Origin: an uncultured Candidatus Saccharibacteria bacterium
Lineage (GTDB): Bacteria; Patescibacteriota; CPR2; UBA1875; CAIMLA01
Direction: 5' to 3'
NCBI GenBank assembly: GCA_964594415.1
Contig: CAZQLQ010000001.1
Coordinates: 159,265-223,264 of the forward strand
Length of the DNA: 64,000 bases
Shown here: in pieces, positions 1-21,172 of the stretch
How positions within the stretch are numbered: the first letter of the stretch is position 1
Layout of the letters: each line of letters begins with the position of its first letter
Translations under genes and position numbers: made by a program
Notes under the pieces: model-generated
The model's input: only the letters and a program-made list of their open reading frames with translations
What the model was told of the DNA's origin: nothing
Database searches by the model: none

Positions 1-27
1 TTATTTAAAGAATGTATTTGGGGTTTT

Positions 28-708
28 ATGAAAGCAATTGAAGAAGTAAGTAAGAAACAATTAAAGAACGTACCAGACCTTGCACCTGGAGATACTGTCC
101 GTGTGCATACGAAGATTATTGAAGGCAGCAAGGAGAGGATTCAAATTTTTGAAGGCGTTGTAATCCGCGTGAAAAGCAGCGGCATAGGTGGAACATTTAC
201 GGTAAGAAAAATCTCTTATGGCATTGGTGTCGAAAGAACGTTTTTGCTACATTCTCCCAAGATCGCAAAAGTTGAGATTAAAAAGAGAGCAAAAGTAAGA
301 AGGGCTTTCCTGTCTTATTTACGAAATCTTTCCGGTAAAGCCACCAGATTAAAAGACAGACAGTTTGACTCGCTTGCTGTAAATATTAAAGAAGAGGAAT
401 TGAAGGAAGCAGATTTAGCGCCAGCCGATACTGACAATAACGGAGAAAGCACAGAGATTACCGAATTAAACGAAGAACAAGTATTTGATGTAAAGGAAAC
501 CGAAGTAAGTACAGAAGATCTAGCCGAAGCCGAGCTCAAAATAGACGAGAAGATCGAGAAGGACGAGTTAAACTCTGATGAAGATGAAAATTTAGCCGCA
601 AAGGAAGAAATCGAAGAAGGACTAAAAGAGTCTGAGGAAGATCTCGAAAGAGGTGCAGCCAATGAAGGCGGGCTTGCTGAAAAAAACGCTGAAGAACAAG
701 AAGCATAA
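28..708 (+). CDS. rplS: 50S ribosomal protein L19 with a ~110-aa acidic (E/D/K-rich) C-terminal extension
   Basis: N-terminal 115 aa matches the L19 signature ([28 protein letters not shown]). The rest is low-complexity E/D/K-rich tail. Confidence 0.9.
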   Translation: MKAIEEVSKKQLKNVPDLAPGDTVRVHTKIIEGSKERIQIFEGVVIRVKSSGIGGTFTVRKISYGIGVERTFLLHSPKIAKVEIKKRAKVRRAFLSYLRNLSGKATRLKDRQFDSLAVNIKEEELKEADLAPADTDNNGESTEITELNEEQVFDVKETEVSTEDLAEAELKIDEKIEKDELNSDEDENLAAKEEIEEGLKESEEDLERGAANEGGLAEKNAEEQEA

Positions 709-719
709 TATGATAGATA

Positions 720-745
720 AAAGAGCCCTAGGGCTCTTTTAAAAT
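720..745 (+). terminator. Rho-independent terminator after rplS
   Basis: Hairpin AAAAGAGCCCTAGGGCTCTTTT followed by T/A run. Confidence 0.6.
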
Positions 746-774
746 ATATAAAAAGATAGTGCTATAATTGAATA

Positions 775-1392
775 ATGAAAATTATTCCTAATATGGATTG
801 TGAAAGAAAACTTTGGGCAGAAGGCTTTGAGTTTATTGGAGGAATTGATGAAGCTGGCAGGGGCTGTTGGGCGGGTCCTGTGGTTGCTGCTGTTGTTATT
901 TTGCCAAAAAATCATATTCAAATTGTAGGAGTAACCGATTCAAAATTAATCTCCGTAGATAAGCGTAGATCATTATACGAACAAATTACTAATTCTGTTC
1001 TTGATTTTGGTGTTGGTATAGTTAGCAATAGAGTAATTGATGAAATTGGAATTCTTGAGGCTACTAAATTAGCAGCAAAAGAAGCGGTCTTAATGGCGAA
1101 AAACAAACCGAAATATTTGTTAACAGATGCTTTGGATCTTAGGAAACATTTGGATATACCTCAAGAACGATTTGTCAAAGGTGATCAAAAAATTTATACA
1201 ATTTCTTGTGCTTCCATTATCGCAAAAGTTACTCGCGACAGTTTGATGTTAAATCTTTCCGGTGAGTACAAAAGATACCGGTTTGAATTGCATAAGGGGT
1301 ATGGGACGAAATTACATACTGAAATGCTAGAGCTTTATGGAGCTTCGGATATTCACCGTAAATCCTATAAACCAGTAAAGAGGTATCTATGA
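775..1392 (+). CDS. rnhB: Ribonuclease HII
   Basis: GIDEAGRGCWAGPVV motif and length typical of RNase HII. Confidence 0.9.
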   Translation: MKIIPNMDCERKLWAEGFEFIGGIDEAGRGCWAGPVVAAVVILPKNHIQIVGVTDSKLISVDKRRSLYEQITNSVLDFGVGIVSNRVIDEIGILEATKLAAKEAVLMAKNKPKYLLTDALDLRKHLDIPQERFVKGDQKIYTISCASIIAKVTRDSLMLNLSGEYKRYRFELHKGYGTKLHTEMLELYGASDIHRKSYKPVKRYL

Positions 1393-1745
1393 GTAGGGAG
1401 ATAGGGAAAATTGGCGAAGACCTGGCTTGTGAAATATTAACTGGAAGCGGATATAAGATTATCGAACGTAATTACTTCGCTAGATTTGGTGAGATAGATA
1501 TCATTGCGAAAGAAAATAACGATCTCGTTTTTATTGAAGTAAAGTATCGCAAAGATGAAGGCTTTGGTTCTGCTCTTGATGCGGTTACCAGGAAGAAACT
1601 AAAAAAAATTCACAAATCTGCACTAATTTACCTGAGCGAAAAAGGCCTAACGAATGTAGATTGGAGGGTTGATGTTATCGGGATAAGTCCAGACACAAAA
1701 AAATTTGAAATTCTAGAGAATGTTTATGTAGAGGGTATTTGTTAG
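1389..1745 (+). CDS. yraN: YraN/UPF0102 family endonuclease
   Basis: GEDLACEIL...GEIDIIAKENNDLVFIEVKYR pattern. Overlaps rnhB stop by 4 nt. Confidence 0.8.
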   Translation: MSREIGKIGEDLACEILTGSGYKIIERNYFARFGEIDIIAKENNDLVFIEVKYRKDEGFGSALDAVTRKKLKKIHKSALIYLSEKGLTNVDWRVDVIGISPDTKKFEILENVYVEGIC

Positions 1746-1789
1746 CTTGTTTATTGACCATAAAGGCTGATATTAATAAAATTTAAATT

Positions 1790-2278
1790 ATGGATATAAG
1801 GGAACTGGCTAAATATATTGAGTCTCAAAGGTATGAAGGCGTTTCTGACGAGGATATTCAGAATAATCTATTGGTAAATGGATTCAGTAGAAATGATATT
1901 CAGAATATTTTTAACCAACTCAAAAAAGGCAATCAACGGGTTGGCTTAGATATTCTAAGACCGACAAAGAAGTATTTCCTAAGAGGTGATTATAATTTCC
2001 AAGTCGTGGAAAATGGATTGTCAAAGAAAGACACTAATACTAAAAAATTATCTGGGCTAGTGCCGGGTTCTATTGGCATAGTCTGCATCTTTTTTTCGTT
2101 CATGAATTTTAATAATAGTGGCATGTTTATTCTTGCACTTGTTAGTTTGATTTGCGGCTTTTTGGCTTATCACTTAGGGGAGGAAACTCTGGGTAATATT
2201 ATTTTTGCCGCCTCTTTTTGTATTGCTCTTTCCGCACCTCTTATATGGTTCTTTGCTATGCTTCTGGGATTTGGTTAG
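1790..2278 (+). CDS. Hypothetical membrane protein (two C-terminal TM helices)
   Basis: ORF with hydrophobic C-terminal segments. No recognisable family. Confidence 0.45.
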   Translation: MDIRELAKYIESQRYEGVSDEDIQNNLLVNGFSRNDIQNIFNQLKKGNQRVGLDILRPTKKYFLRGDYNFQVVENGLSKKDTNTKKLSGLVPGSIGIVCIFFSFMNFNNSGMFILALVSLICGFLAYHLGEETLGNIIFAASFCIALSAPLIWFFAMLLGFG

Positions 2279-2471
2279 AATTGAAGTATTAATTATTAAA
2301 TTGCTCTATTGACGAAAAGAAAAAAATGTTATGCAGATGAGAGATGAACATTTTTACCAAGATGTTTAATGGCTTTGTTTTTTTCTTAGCAACAAAAAAT
2401 AATTTTTGTTAAAAAAATGTTGTTGTACTAGGCTTACTGTGCTATTATTTTTATTGAAAAGTGAGGGTAAA

Positions 2472-3128
2472 ATGAAAAACAACTTTAAGAAAGTGTTTAA
2501 TTTTTTATTAAGGCATAAAATTAGTACTCTCGGTGTGATTTTGACAATGCTTCTAGTAAGTGGTGGGCTGATTTATTATTCCGTATATAGAAAGAGCAGT
2601 GCTTGGGAAAAGGCAAGAAGCTATTATCAAGCCGCAGAGTATGTCAAGGCCGCAGAAGAGTTGAAAAAAGTTTCCTTCCCGTCAACCGTTGAAGAGCTAG
2701 AAATTTATTCGGAAACGATGTTTGCCGTAGGCAATTATGAAGTTGCTTCTAAAGGGTATGAAAAGATATATGAGATAAACAAAGATCCCAATGCGATGAA
2801 TATGATTGGGAACATTGCTAATCAGCAGAAAAATTACGAAAAAACAGTAGAATCTTATAAAAGCGTTATCGCAAATAACCCAAACTATATAAAGAGTTAT
2901 GTAAATTTGGCGACCGCATACCGTATAAAAGGGGATATTAATAATGCGATCAATACCACTAAAGAGGGTATTGTAAATAATCCGAGTAATGCTGAGCTGA
3001 GGGTTTTGTTGGTGTCTATTATGTCCTCAAATGAGGAGCTGAAAAAAACTAGTGATTTTAGAGAAGCTGTCGATAAACTGAAGGAGATTGATCCTAAAAA
3101 TCCGATTTTAACACAGATAGAGGGGTAG
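2472..3128 (+). CDS. TPR-repeat protein with N-terminal TM anchor
   Basis: TPR-like A/Y/N periodicity (YYQAAEYVKAAEEL, YVNLATAYRIKGDINNAI). Start moved to the ATG after the GTGAGGG RBS. The ORF track starts at 2406. Confidence 0.6.
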   Translation: MKNNFKKVFNFLLRHKISTLGVILTMLLVSGGLIYYSVYRKSSAWEKARSYYQAAEYVKAAEELKKVSFPSTVEELEIYSETMFAVGNYEVASKGYEKIYEINKDPNAMNMIGNIANQQKNYEKTVESYKSVIANNPNYIKSYVNLATAYRIKGDINNAINTTKEGIVNNPSNAELRVLLVSIMSSNEELKKTSDFREAVDKLKEIDPKNPILTQIEG

Positions 3129-10850
<7,722 letters not shown>

Positions 10851-10866
10851 GTATTCAAGGAGGGGA

Positions 10867-12432
10867 ATGTTTTTCCGAAGAAAGAAAAGCAAAAAACAAA
10901 AAATTGGTCTTGGCAAAATAGATGGTCTCTCGGTTGTAAAAAAAAATAAACATCGAGAAGGATTTAATGTTTACGAGATGGACCCCTTTATCGATTTGGA
11001 CCAAAAAAAGAGTTTTTTTTATAACTTTTTAGAATTTATTGGTGAAGACTTGCCAGGTTCGGTAATTAGATTCTTTAAAGAGCCGATATTTGATAAAAAA
11101 CATTTTTTTCCAGGCTCAAAAAGGAAAAAATTTAGTACTAATTTTCAGTTTTTATTAGCTGCCTTGCTGTTTTTTTTGGCCGCCTCTCTTTCTAACCTTA
11201 GCGTAAAGGCGTCTTTTGGCGAATACTCAAATCCGCCTGGAATTTTGAATGATCCAATAGCAACTGTTGATTCAGGAAAAGCAACAATAAGTTGGAAAAC
11301 TTCAAGAGAGTCAACAACTTATGTGTATTACGGGTTAAGTAGCGAGAATTTGAATCAAAGCAAAGAGTCTTCGGTGCTTACGAAGGATCATGAAGCGGTC
11401 ATTGACGGTCTTATGCCGGCAACTGTCTACTACTATAAAGTGCAGAGCTATGATATGAATCGCACTTACGACATCTCGGAATCTCTATCCGATTTCTTTA
11501 CCTTTAAAACCGATGATTCTTCTATTATTCATAATGTTACGACCGAAAATATTAGTTCCGATTCACTGTTTATTAATTGGGAAACGATTATTGAAACGAA
11601 TGCTGAAATTCAATATGGGGAAACAACAGATTATGGTTCAAGTCTTTTCATCAGCGAATATAAGGATAGTCACACACAAAAGATTACTGGGCTTAAATCC
11701 GGTGTTATTTATCACTTTAGGATTATCGCGTCTAATAGTAATTCGGAAAAATTTTTGAGCGCCGATTATGAATTTTACACGAAGGCTTTACCTATGATTC
11801 TAGATGTTAATATTGAGAGCAATAGAGATGACCCTTCCGACTCATTTTTAGTACGATGGAAGACTAACGTTCCAACGGACTCTTATGTGAGCTATGAGTT
11901 TGAAAATAGGGTAAAGGCTGAATTGGATGACGATCTGGCGGAGGAGCATTTAATTGAATTATATGATTTGCAAAGTAACGCAGAGTACGAAATTACTATT
12001 TCTGGGAAAGATCAGTTCGGGAATATCGCTACAAGTCAAATATATAGAAAGAAAACTGAAGTTAACGCTGAAGCGCCGAAAATTTCAGAGATATCAGTTC
12101 AGAATAACAGTTACGGAGTGGGCAAAGAGGCTGTCGCTCAAATATTGGTTACTTGGAAAACGGACAAGTTATCTACAAGTCAAGTGCAATATTCCAAGAT
12201 TATCTCAGAATCTTTTGATGATGAAGCTGGTAATAATAATGAATTTGCAAATACTCATTTGGTACTGATTTCAGATCTTCAATTATCACAGGTATATAAA
12301 ATAAGACTGCTTTCTAGAGACGAAAACGACAATATAACCTATAGCGAAGAGAGAATAGTTGTAACTGAGGATTATCAGCCTTCTCTATTAGAGGTGCTTG
12401 CATCAACTATTAATGGAATTCTTGGAGATTAA
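10867..12432 (+). CDS. Membrane-anchored protein with tandem fibronectin-III-like domains
   Basis: N-terminal TM. Four repeats of the pattern (I/V)xWxT..x(S/T)xVxYG, as in Fn3/PAP-N-like domains. RBS AAGGAGGGG. Confidence 0.65.
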   Translation: MFFRRKKSKKQKIGLGKIDGLSVVKKNKHREGFNVYEMDPFIDLDQKKSFFYNFLEFIGEDLPGSVIRFFKEPIFDKKHFFPGSKRKKFSTNFQFLLAALLFFLAASLSNLSVKASFGEYSNPPGILNDPIATVDSGKATISWKTSRESTTYVYYGLSSENLNQSKESSVLTKDHEAVIDGLMPATVYYYKVQSYDMNRTYDISESLSDFFTFKTDDSSIIHNVTTENISSDSLFINWETIIETNAEIQYGETTDYGSSLFISEYKDSHTQKITGLKSGVIYHFRIIASNSNSEKFLSADYEFYTKALPMILDVNIESNRDDPSDSFLVRWKTNVPTDSYVSYEFENRVKAELDDDLAEEHLIELYDLQSNAEYEITISGKDQFGNIATSQIYRKKTEVNAEAPKISEISVQNNSYGVGKEAVAQILVTWKTDKLSTSQVQYSKIISESFDDEAGNNNEFANTHLVLISDLQLSQVYKIRLLSRDENDNITYSEERIVVTEDYQPSLLEVLASTINGILGD

Positions 12433-12433
12433 T

Positions 12434-13306
12434 ATGGCAACGGTTAATTCATCGCCTAAAAAAGTAAAAGTTAGGATCGAAAAAAAGCTTGAGGAGGACA
12501 AGAATCTTCTTGGTGAGAATAAAAAGCATAATTCCCAGTCATTTAGTCTGGGGCATTTTACGGAAGCACCAATAATTGAAGCTGTTGGTTTGTCTAAGAT
12601 CTATAAAGTAGGTAAGCAATTGGTAAGCCCGGTTAAGGAAATGTCTTTGCAAATCGGATACGGTGATTTTGTTATTATTTTTGGTCCTTCAGGCGCTGGA
12701 AAGACAACATTAATAAATATTCTTCTTGGTCTGGAAAAACCAGATGTCGGAGAGGTGTATATAAAAGAAGAGTCTCTTTACGCTTATAACTCTGATGAGC
12801 GGGCAAGGATTAGATTAAAAAGATTTGGAGTCATAACCCAAACACCTTATTGGCTTGACTATCTCAGTATTCTTGAGAATGTTGCTTTACCGCTTCTTTT
12901 GGATGGAGTAAGTAGAAATATTGCAATAAAGAAAGCCAAGAAGCTGTTGCGCTCTGTAAAAATGACCAAGTATGCTAGGTTTAAACCGCATGAATTGTCT
13001 GGAGGACAGCAACAAAAAGCAGCAATAGCAAGGGCGATGGTTAATGATCCCTGGATAATTTTTGCCGATGAGCCAACCGTCAATCTAGATTCTGTATCCA
13101 TAAAAGAGGTTACAGATATTTTGCGTGATTTGAATAAGAAAAAGGGCATTACTGTCATTATGGTGACGCACAACCTGGAATTTTTGAAATATTCTAAAAA
13201 ATGGTTCTTGGTTAAGGAAGGCCGTTTATCTGAGGCAGAAGATATCAAGAATCCGTTCCACACAATCAAAGAAGTTATCGGTTATGTCAAGGAGGATATT
13301 GAATGA
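12434..13306 (+). CDS. ABC transporter ATP-binding protein (MacB/LolD-like)
   Basis: Walker A GPSGAGKTT, signature LSGGQQQKAAIARA, Walker B IIFADEPT. Start placed at ATG after GGAGAT. The ORF track begins at 12398. Confidence 0.85.
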   Translation: MATVNSSPKKVKVRIEKKLEEDKNLLGENKKHNSQSFSLGHFTEAPIIEAVGLSKIYKVGKQLVSPVKEMSLQIGYGDFVIIFGPSGAGKTTLINILLGLEKPDVGEVYIKEESLYAYNSDERARIRLKRFGVITQTPYWLDYLSILENVALPLLLDGVSRNIAIKKAKKLLRSVKMTKYARFKPHELSGGQQQKAAIARAMVNDPWIIFADEPTVNLDSVSIKEVTDILRDLNKKKGITVIMVTHNLEFLKYSKKWFLVKEGRLSEAEDIKNPFHTIKEVIGYVKEDIE

Positions 13307-14502
13307 AGCCGTTTTATATCTTCAAATTAGCTTTAATAAGTATTTTTTCAAACAAGTTAAGGACTGCTTTAACTATTATAGGGATTGGCGCTTGTGTAGC
13401 AATAACGGTTTTTCTGATTGCTCTTAATGCTGGGCTTAAGAGCATAATTTCTTCAGAACTCAAAAGGCCAGAGTTTTCCAACCTTATAACGGCCAACCCG
13501 AGAGCAAGCGATATTGTCTTGAACGAAAGCGTTGTCTCGATGATTAAACTAATGAATAATGTTTCTAAAGTTGAATACATATCTAATCTATCGGGCACTA
13601 TAAACTATCATGGTAAAGATTTCCCAGTACCAATTTACGGGCTATCCGAAGGGTATTTTTCTGTAGTTCCGGTTACTTTTGTTGAAGGGAGGAGTTTCGA
13701 GTTTGATGGAAAGAAAAATCAGGTTATCTTGAATGAAAAAGCTATCGAATTGATGGGCATAGAAAAGGCAGATGAAAAAATTGGTACGAATATTAATCTC
13801 AGCATCTCTGTAACTGAAAATATCGCTCCCGAACAAGAAGAAGTTACAAAAGCTTATCCTGGAATAGAATACGAAATAGTTGGTATAATCAATAAGGGCG
13901 ATTTGCCATTAGTGTATGTTCCTTTAACAACTCTGTCTGAATTGGGAGTTAAAAACTATAACCAATTAAAGATTTTAGCTACTGAGTACGATAAAATATC
14001 TTTAACAGAAAAATCCATTGAACAGCTAGGTTTCAATGCTACTATTTCGAGGGATACCGTAGAGCAATTTAGTAAAATTTTTTCACTTTTTAATTTTATT
14101 TTAATAGTTTTTGTGGTATTGACGCTTTTAGTATCTGTTTTTGGGACAGTAAATACAATTAGCATATCGTTGGTAGAACAGACCAGGCAAATCGGGTTTT
14201 TGCGGTTGTTGGGTATTAGGGAAAAAGATGTGAGATTTTTATTTATTTTTGAAGCCATAGTTTTGATGTTTTTGGGTTCCGTGATTGGGATTTTGTTATC
14301 CTGGCTTCTAATTTTCTTGGGTAACAAGTGGATATCGATTATTGCAACTACGGCAAATTATTCTATTGGCAATATTTTAGAAATTTCTTATCTGGTTATA
14401 ATAGTAGTTTTGGTAGTATCATTAATAATAGGATGGCTAACGGGAATTAAACCGGCAAAAAGAGCTGTAAAAATTGATCCGTTGGCGGCGTTGAGGTTTT
14501 GA
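13303..14502 (+). CDS. ABC transporter permease, FtsX/MacB family
   Basis: N-terminal TM, large extracytoplasmic domain, then three C-terminal TM helices. Translationally coupled to the ATPase. Confidence 0.8.
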   Translation: MKPFYIFKLALISIFSNKLRTALTIIGIGACVAITVFLIALNAGLKSIISSELKRPEFSNLITANPRASDIVLNESVVSMIKLMNNVSKVEYISNLSGTINYHGKDFPVPIYGLSEGYFSVVPVTFVEGRSFEFDGKKNQVILNEKAIELMGIEKADEKIGTNINLSISVTENIAPEQEEVTKAYPGIEYEIVGIINKGDLPLVYVPLTTLSELGVKNYNQLKILATEYDKISLTEKSIEQLGFNATISRDTVEQFSKIFSLFNFILIVFVVLTLLVSVFGTVNTISISLVEQTRQIGFLRLLGIREKDVRFLFIFEAIVLMFLGSVIGILLSWLLIFLGNKWISIIATTANYSIGNILEISYLVIIVVLVVSLIIGWLTGIKPAKRAVKIDPLAALRF

Positions 14503-15020
14503 TGGAAAAATATATATTATTTGTTTTGATATTTATAGGAATCATGTGGATTTTTCTATTTTTTATTATCATTTTTCTGCACAAGAATTTGAAGAAAATC
14601 TCAGAGTCGTTTGGTAAGATAGGCTATCTGGCGAGAGAAGATACTAAGAGGTATTTCAAGGAGTCATCCGAAAAAGCCACTGAAATATTTGCCAATGCGG
14701 CCGAAAAAAACAAGGAAGTTATTGGGCTGACAATGCAAAAGGTTTTAAATGATTCCACTGGGGTAGTAAAAGAGGTTATCTCGGGAGCTGAAAAGGAAGC
14801 TTCAAAGATAATAACCGAGGCAAGAAAAGAAGCCGCGAGTATTAAAAGAGAGGCCGAAGAAGAGTCTAGTAAATATTTTGACAAGATAATTAGTGATGCC
14901 GTACAGGCAGTAGATTGGTCGGTGGAACAATTTGTAAAAAACAATTATACGGTGAAGGAGCATGAAGATATTATAAGGAGGCTTATTTCGATATATGTCG
15001 ATGAACACAGAAAATCTTAA
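14499..15020 (+). CDS. atpF: ATP synthase F0 subunit b-like (single TM plus long charged coiled coil)
   Basis: N-terminal TM followed by an E/A/K-rich helical region (EARKEAASIKREAEEE). Position immediately before delta/alpha. Confidence 0.55.
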   Translation: MMEKYILFVLIFIGIMWIFLFFIIIFLHKNLKKISESFGKIGYLAREDTKRYFKESSEKATEIFANAAEKNKEVIGLTMQKVLNDSTGVVKEVISGAEKEASKIITEARKEAASIKREAEEESSKYFDKIISDAVQAVDWSVEQFVKNNYTVKEHEDIIRRLISIYVDEHRKS

Positions 15021-15561
15021 TTTAATTTATAAATATTTGGAAGAAACGTGTTCTTTTTATCCGCGAAACAAGATAATAAAGGAACTCAATCTTGTTTGTG
15101 ATCGAATCAATTTCAGTAAGGATCTACAAGATTTGTTTCTTTCTTTGAAAAGAGATGATCCTAAGAGTGCGGAAACAGTGACAACCCTTTTTAAACAAGA
15201 AGTTTCTGAAGAAGTTTTTAGATTTTTAGATAAATTGGCAGACGAGGGTCTTCTCTGGACTTTAGTCGGCGAGGATGGGGTTAGCTTAATAAATTTTTCG
15301 CATAATAACTTGTATCAGTATGAAGAAGTCTATTTTATCTCTGCCGTAAAGATGTCAAATGCTATGCGAGATATGATTTCAAAGAATATAATTTCTGTCC
15401 GTACCGGTGAGATTGTGAGGGTGGTCTTTGACGAGAACCCCAACCTAATTTTTGGATTCATTATCCAGGAGAGTGATAGGCTTTTGGATTATTCATACAA
15501 AACTAATGTCATTTTTTATCTGAAAACCTATTTTAAAAATAAATTGAAAGAAATAAGATGA
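14995..15561 (+). CDS. atpH: ATP synthase F1 delta subunit (divergent)
   Basis: 188 aa, located between b-like and alpha genes. Weak C-terminal resemblance to OSCP/delta. Assignment mostly by synteny. Confidence 0.45.
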   Translation: MSMNTENLNLIYKYLEETCSFYPRNKIIKELNLVCDRINFSKDLQDLFLSLKRDDPKSAETVTTLFKQEVSEEVFRFLDKLADEGLLWTLVGEDGVSLINFSHNNLYQYEEVYFISAVKMSNAMRDMISKNIISVRTGEIVRVVFDENPNLIFGFIIQESDRLLDYSYKTNVIFYLKTYFKNKLKEIR

Positions 15562-17115
15562 GTGAGCCTATTACTGAATGTGGAGATTTATTGGACCAGA
15601 TTGGCCGTGTTGAATCGGTTATGAACGAAATTTGTATTGTTGAAGGGTTGAAATATGTTGCCCTAAATAATTTAGTTGAATTTTCTTCTGGCGAAAAAGG
15701 AATGGTACTTGGTTTTACGACAACTGAGGTTCAAGTAATAATTTTTGGGGATTACAGAAAAATAAAAAAAGGCGATCTTGTCAAAATTGTTGACGATTAT
15801 TTGTGTGTAGAAACAGGAGATGAATTACTCGGGAGGATAATTGATCCTTTGGGTAACCCCCTTGATGGGCGAGCTCGACCGGAATGCGAATCTTCTAGAT
15901 ACATTGATTCGCAGGCAAAAACAATTAGCGAAAGAAATACAATAACAAAACCGCTTTGTACAGGCTATCTCATCATTGATTCGCAAGTGCCAATAGGCCT
16001 TGGACAAAGAGAACTTTTTATTGGCGAAAAAAAGGTTCATAAAGCAGATGTCGGTATGGGAATTATTACTAACCAAGCTAGAATTAATTCTGATGTCATT
16101 TCTATTTATGTAACGATAGATGTTGAAAGTTCGACAGTGAAAAGAAAAATAGAGCAGCTTGAAGAGAGCGGTTCTCTTAAAAACAGCGTAATAATTATTG
16201 GGCGATCATCGGATCCGGCCTCAGTAAACTATATTGCACCAATGACCGCAGTAACTATTGCCGAATACTTCGCAAACAAGGGAAAGGACGTATTGGTAAT
16301 TTTTGACAACCTGACAAGTCACGCAAAAGTATATAGGCAGATCTCGCTACTTTTAAATAGAGCGCCAGGTAGAGAGGCTTATCCCGGTGATATCTTTTAT
16401 TTGCATGCAAGGCTTTTGGAGAGATGCGGAGCTTTTAGCGAGTCTGCCGGCGGAGGTTCCATAACGGCAATTCCAATTGTTGAGACGCAAGGCACAGAGG
16501 ATATCACTGATTATCTCTCGACAAACTTAATGTCGATTACTGACGGGCACGTTTTGTTTAGACTGAGTTTGTCCAACAAAGGAATTCAGCCAGCCGTAGA
16601 CAGCGGTTTTTCGGTATCAAGAATTGGCGGAAGGGCGCAGCATCCTATAATGAGAGAACTCTCAGATTTGCTGAAGAATATAATTATTAAATATCATGAA
16701 GTTGAAAAATATTTAATTTTTGATTCAGAGATGAAGAAAGAAACGCTCGAAACCATAGAGCTGGGCAAGAGAGCATACCAGTTTTTTTATCAAACTCCAA
16801 TTGAGCTTTTTTCTACCGCAGAAGAAATTATCTTACAGTATTTTATAATAGGAAATTATGTCTTAGAGTGGGAAGTCGAAAAGATATTATCGGTAAGGAA
16901 TCAATTAGTCGAGTTTATAAGAAAAACTGAAAACAAGAAATTCCTCGATGAAATATTGGTAAGAGAAAGCATCAAGGATGCTGAAGAATATCTTGAGATG
17001 ATTATTGGTGAATTTGTTGAATTGCCGACCACTATTCCTAAAATTAGAAGAAGGAAGCCATCAAAAGCTGAAAAAGAAACGGTGGTAGATATATTGAAAG
17101 ATAGAGAGGGTTCAG

Positions 17116-19585
<2,470 letters not shown>

Positions 19586-19636
19586 ATCGGTGGATATTGA
19601 CAAAAAAGTCTTTTTGAAATATAATTTTTTTACAGA

Positions 19637-19662
19637 TGTCGCAGCGATGCGACTTTTTTGTT
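19637..19662 (+). terminator. Rho-independent terminator after atp operon
   Basis: GTCGCAGCGATGCGAC hairpin followed by TTTTTTGTT. Confidence 0.6.
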
Positions 19663-19703
19663 CAGAAAAGTGAATAACAACTAAATACAAGAAAGTAGGA
19701 AAA

Positions 19704-21155
19704 ATGCAAACTAATTTCTCAGCAGCGATAGGGCAAATATGCGAAGAAAAAAATATCCCGAAAAATATAGTTATAGAGACTATTGAGGCTGCTCTCGCCG
19801 CGGCCTATAAAAAAGACTACGGTAGTAAGAATCAAGAAGTCAGAGTAGATATGAATGAAGAAACAGGCGAAATCATTGTTTATGTTTCAAAAGAAGTTGT
19901 TGAAACAGTCGAGGATTCCTTTACTCAGATAGGCGTAATGGAAGCGGATAGACTTAAAAAGGGGTCAAAAGTAGGCGATATTATCGAAATTAAGGACTTT
20001 CCGAATGATTTTGGAAGAATAGCTGCTCAAACGGCAAAACAGGTGATAATCCAAAGAATAAGAGAGGCAGAAAGAGATATTGTTTTTGGCGAATACAAAG
20101 ACAAGGAAGGCGAAGTAATCAATGGTATTATTCAGAGAATTGAGGGGAATAATGTTATTGTGGATATCGGAAAAGCTTCAGGGATTCTTTTTCCCAAGGA
20201 GCAGGTTCAGGGGGAGAGATATTATATTGGGCAGAGGCTGAAATTCTTTGTTGTAAGAGTAGAGCAAAACACAAAAGGGCCACAAATTATTATTTCAAGA
20301 TCGCACCCAGGTTTGGTTAAGAGGTTGTTTGAGCTTGAAGTTCCTGAAATTTTGTCAGGGGTTGTTGAGATAAAGTCGATTGCGCGAGAGGCTGGCCAAA
20401 GAACAAAAATTGCTGTTACCAGCAATCAAGAAGGAGTCGATCCGGTTGGTTCTTGTGTCGGGCAAAGAGGTGTTCGTGTTCAAGCTGTAATGAATGAAAT
20501 TGGGGCTGAAAAAATTGATATCATTCTTTGGGATGAAGACGCTCGAACATTCATTTCCAATGCTTTGTCTCCAGCAAAAGTATCAACAATTGCTATCAAC
20601 GAAGAAGAAAAGAAGGCTGAAGTAACAGTAACTGAAGATCAATTGTCTCTTGCAATCGGTAGATCTGGCCAGAATGTAAGGCTTGCAGCTAAATTAACTG
20701 GATACAACGTAGATATTAAGGGCGGAGATGAGTCAGGTGTTGAGGCAGCTTCAAAAATATTACGACCAGTTGAGGATAAAAGAGATTTAGAAGACGAATT
20801 ACTGAAAGCTGTTGAGCTGGTTGGAGAAGAGCCAGAAAAGAGTTCAGATCAACCAACAGACTTAGAAAAAAAAGAAGAGGTAAAAGAATTATTGGAAGAA
20901 GAAAAGGGTTCTCAAGAAGTTAAATCCGCTACAGCTGAAGCTAAGGTGATTGAAAAAGAGAAAGGTGATCAAAATCCTGTAAAGGTTGAATCAAAAGAAC
21001 TAGTCACTGAAGGTGAAATTGAAGCAAAAGAAAAAAACTTAGAGGAAGAAAGCACTAAGTCAGCGGACTTGCAGAAGGGTGTATTGGATGCAGATGACGG
21101 AATAGACGAAATAGCACAGATTCTAGAAGAGGAACAAAGAACTCAATCTTCCTAA
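19704..21155 (+). CDS. nusA: Transcription termination/antitermination factor NusA with acidic C-terminal tail
   Basis: NusA N-terminal domain, S1 and KH regions (GVDPVGSCVGQRGVRVQAV), then about 130 aa E/K-rich tail. Confidence 0.9.
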   Translation: MQTNFSAAIGQICEEKNIPKNIVIETIEAALAAAYKKDYGSKNQEVRVDMNEETGEIIVYVSKEVVETVEDSFTQIGVMEADRLKKGSKVGDIIEIKDFPNDFGRIAAQTAKQVIIQRIREAERDIVFGEYKDKEGEVINGIIQRIEGNNVIVDIGKASGILFPKEQVQGERYYIGQRLKFFVVRVEQNTKGPQIIISRSHPGLVKRLFELEVPEILSGVVEIKSIAREAGQRTKIAVTSNQEGVDPVGSCVGQRGVRVQAVMNEIGAEKIDIILWDEDARTFISNALSPAKVSTIAINEEEKKAEVTVTEDQLSLAIGRSGQNVRLAAKLTGYNVDIKGGDESGVEAASKILRPVEDKRDLEDELLKAVELVGEEPEKSSDQPTDLEKKEEVKELLEEEKGSQEVKSATAEAKVIEKEKGDQNPVKVESKELVTEGEIEAKEKNLEEESTKSADLQKGVLDADDGIDEIAQILEEEQRTQSS

Positions 21156-21172
21156 AAAAGTTAGGAGGTAAT

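Noticed and set aside
315-662. Antisense ORF inside rplS (115 aa, Ser-rich)
   Set aside because: It mirrors the acidic low-complexity tail of L19 on the opposite strand, a typical shadow ORF.
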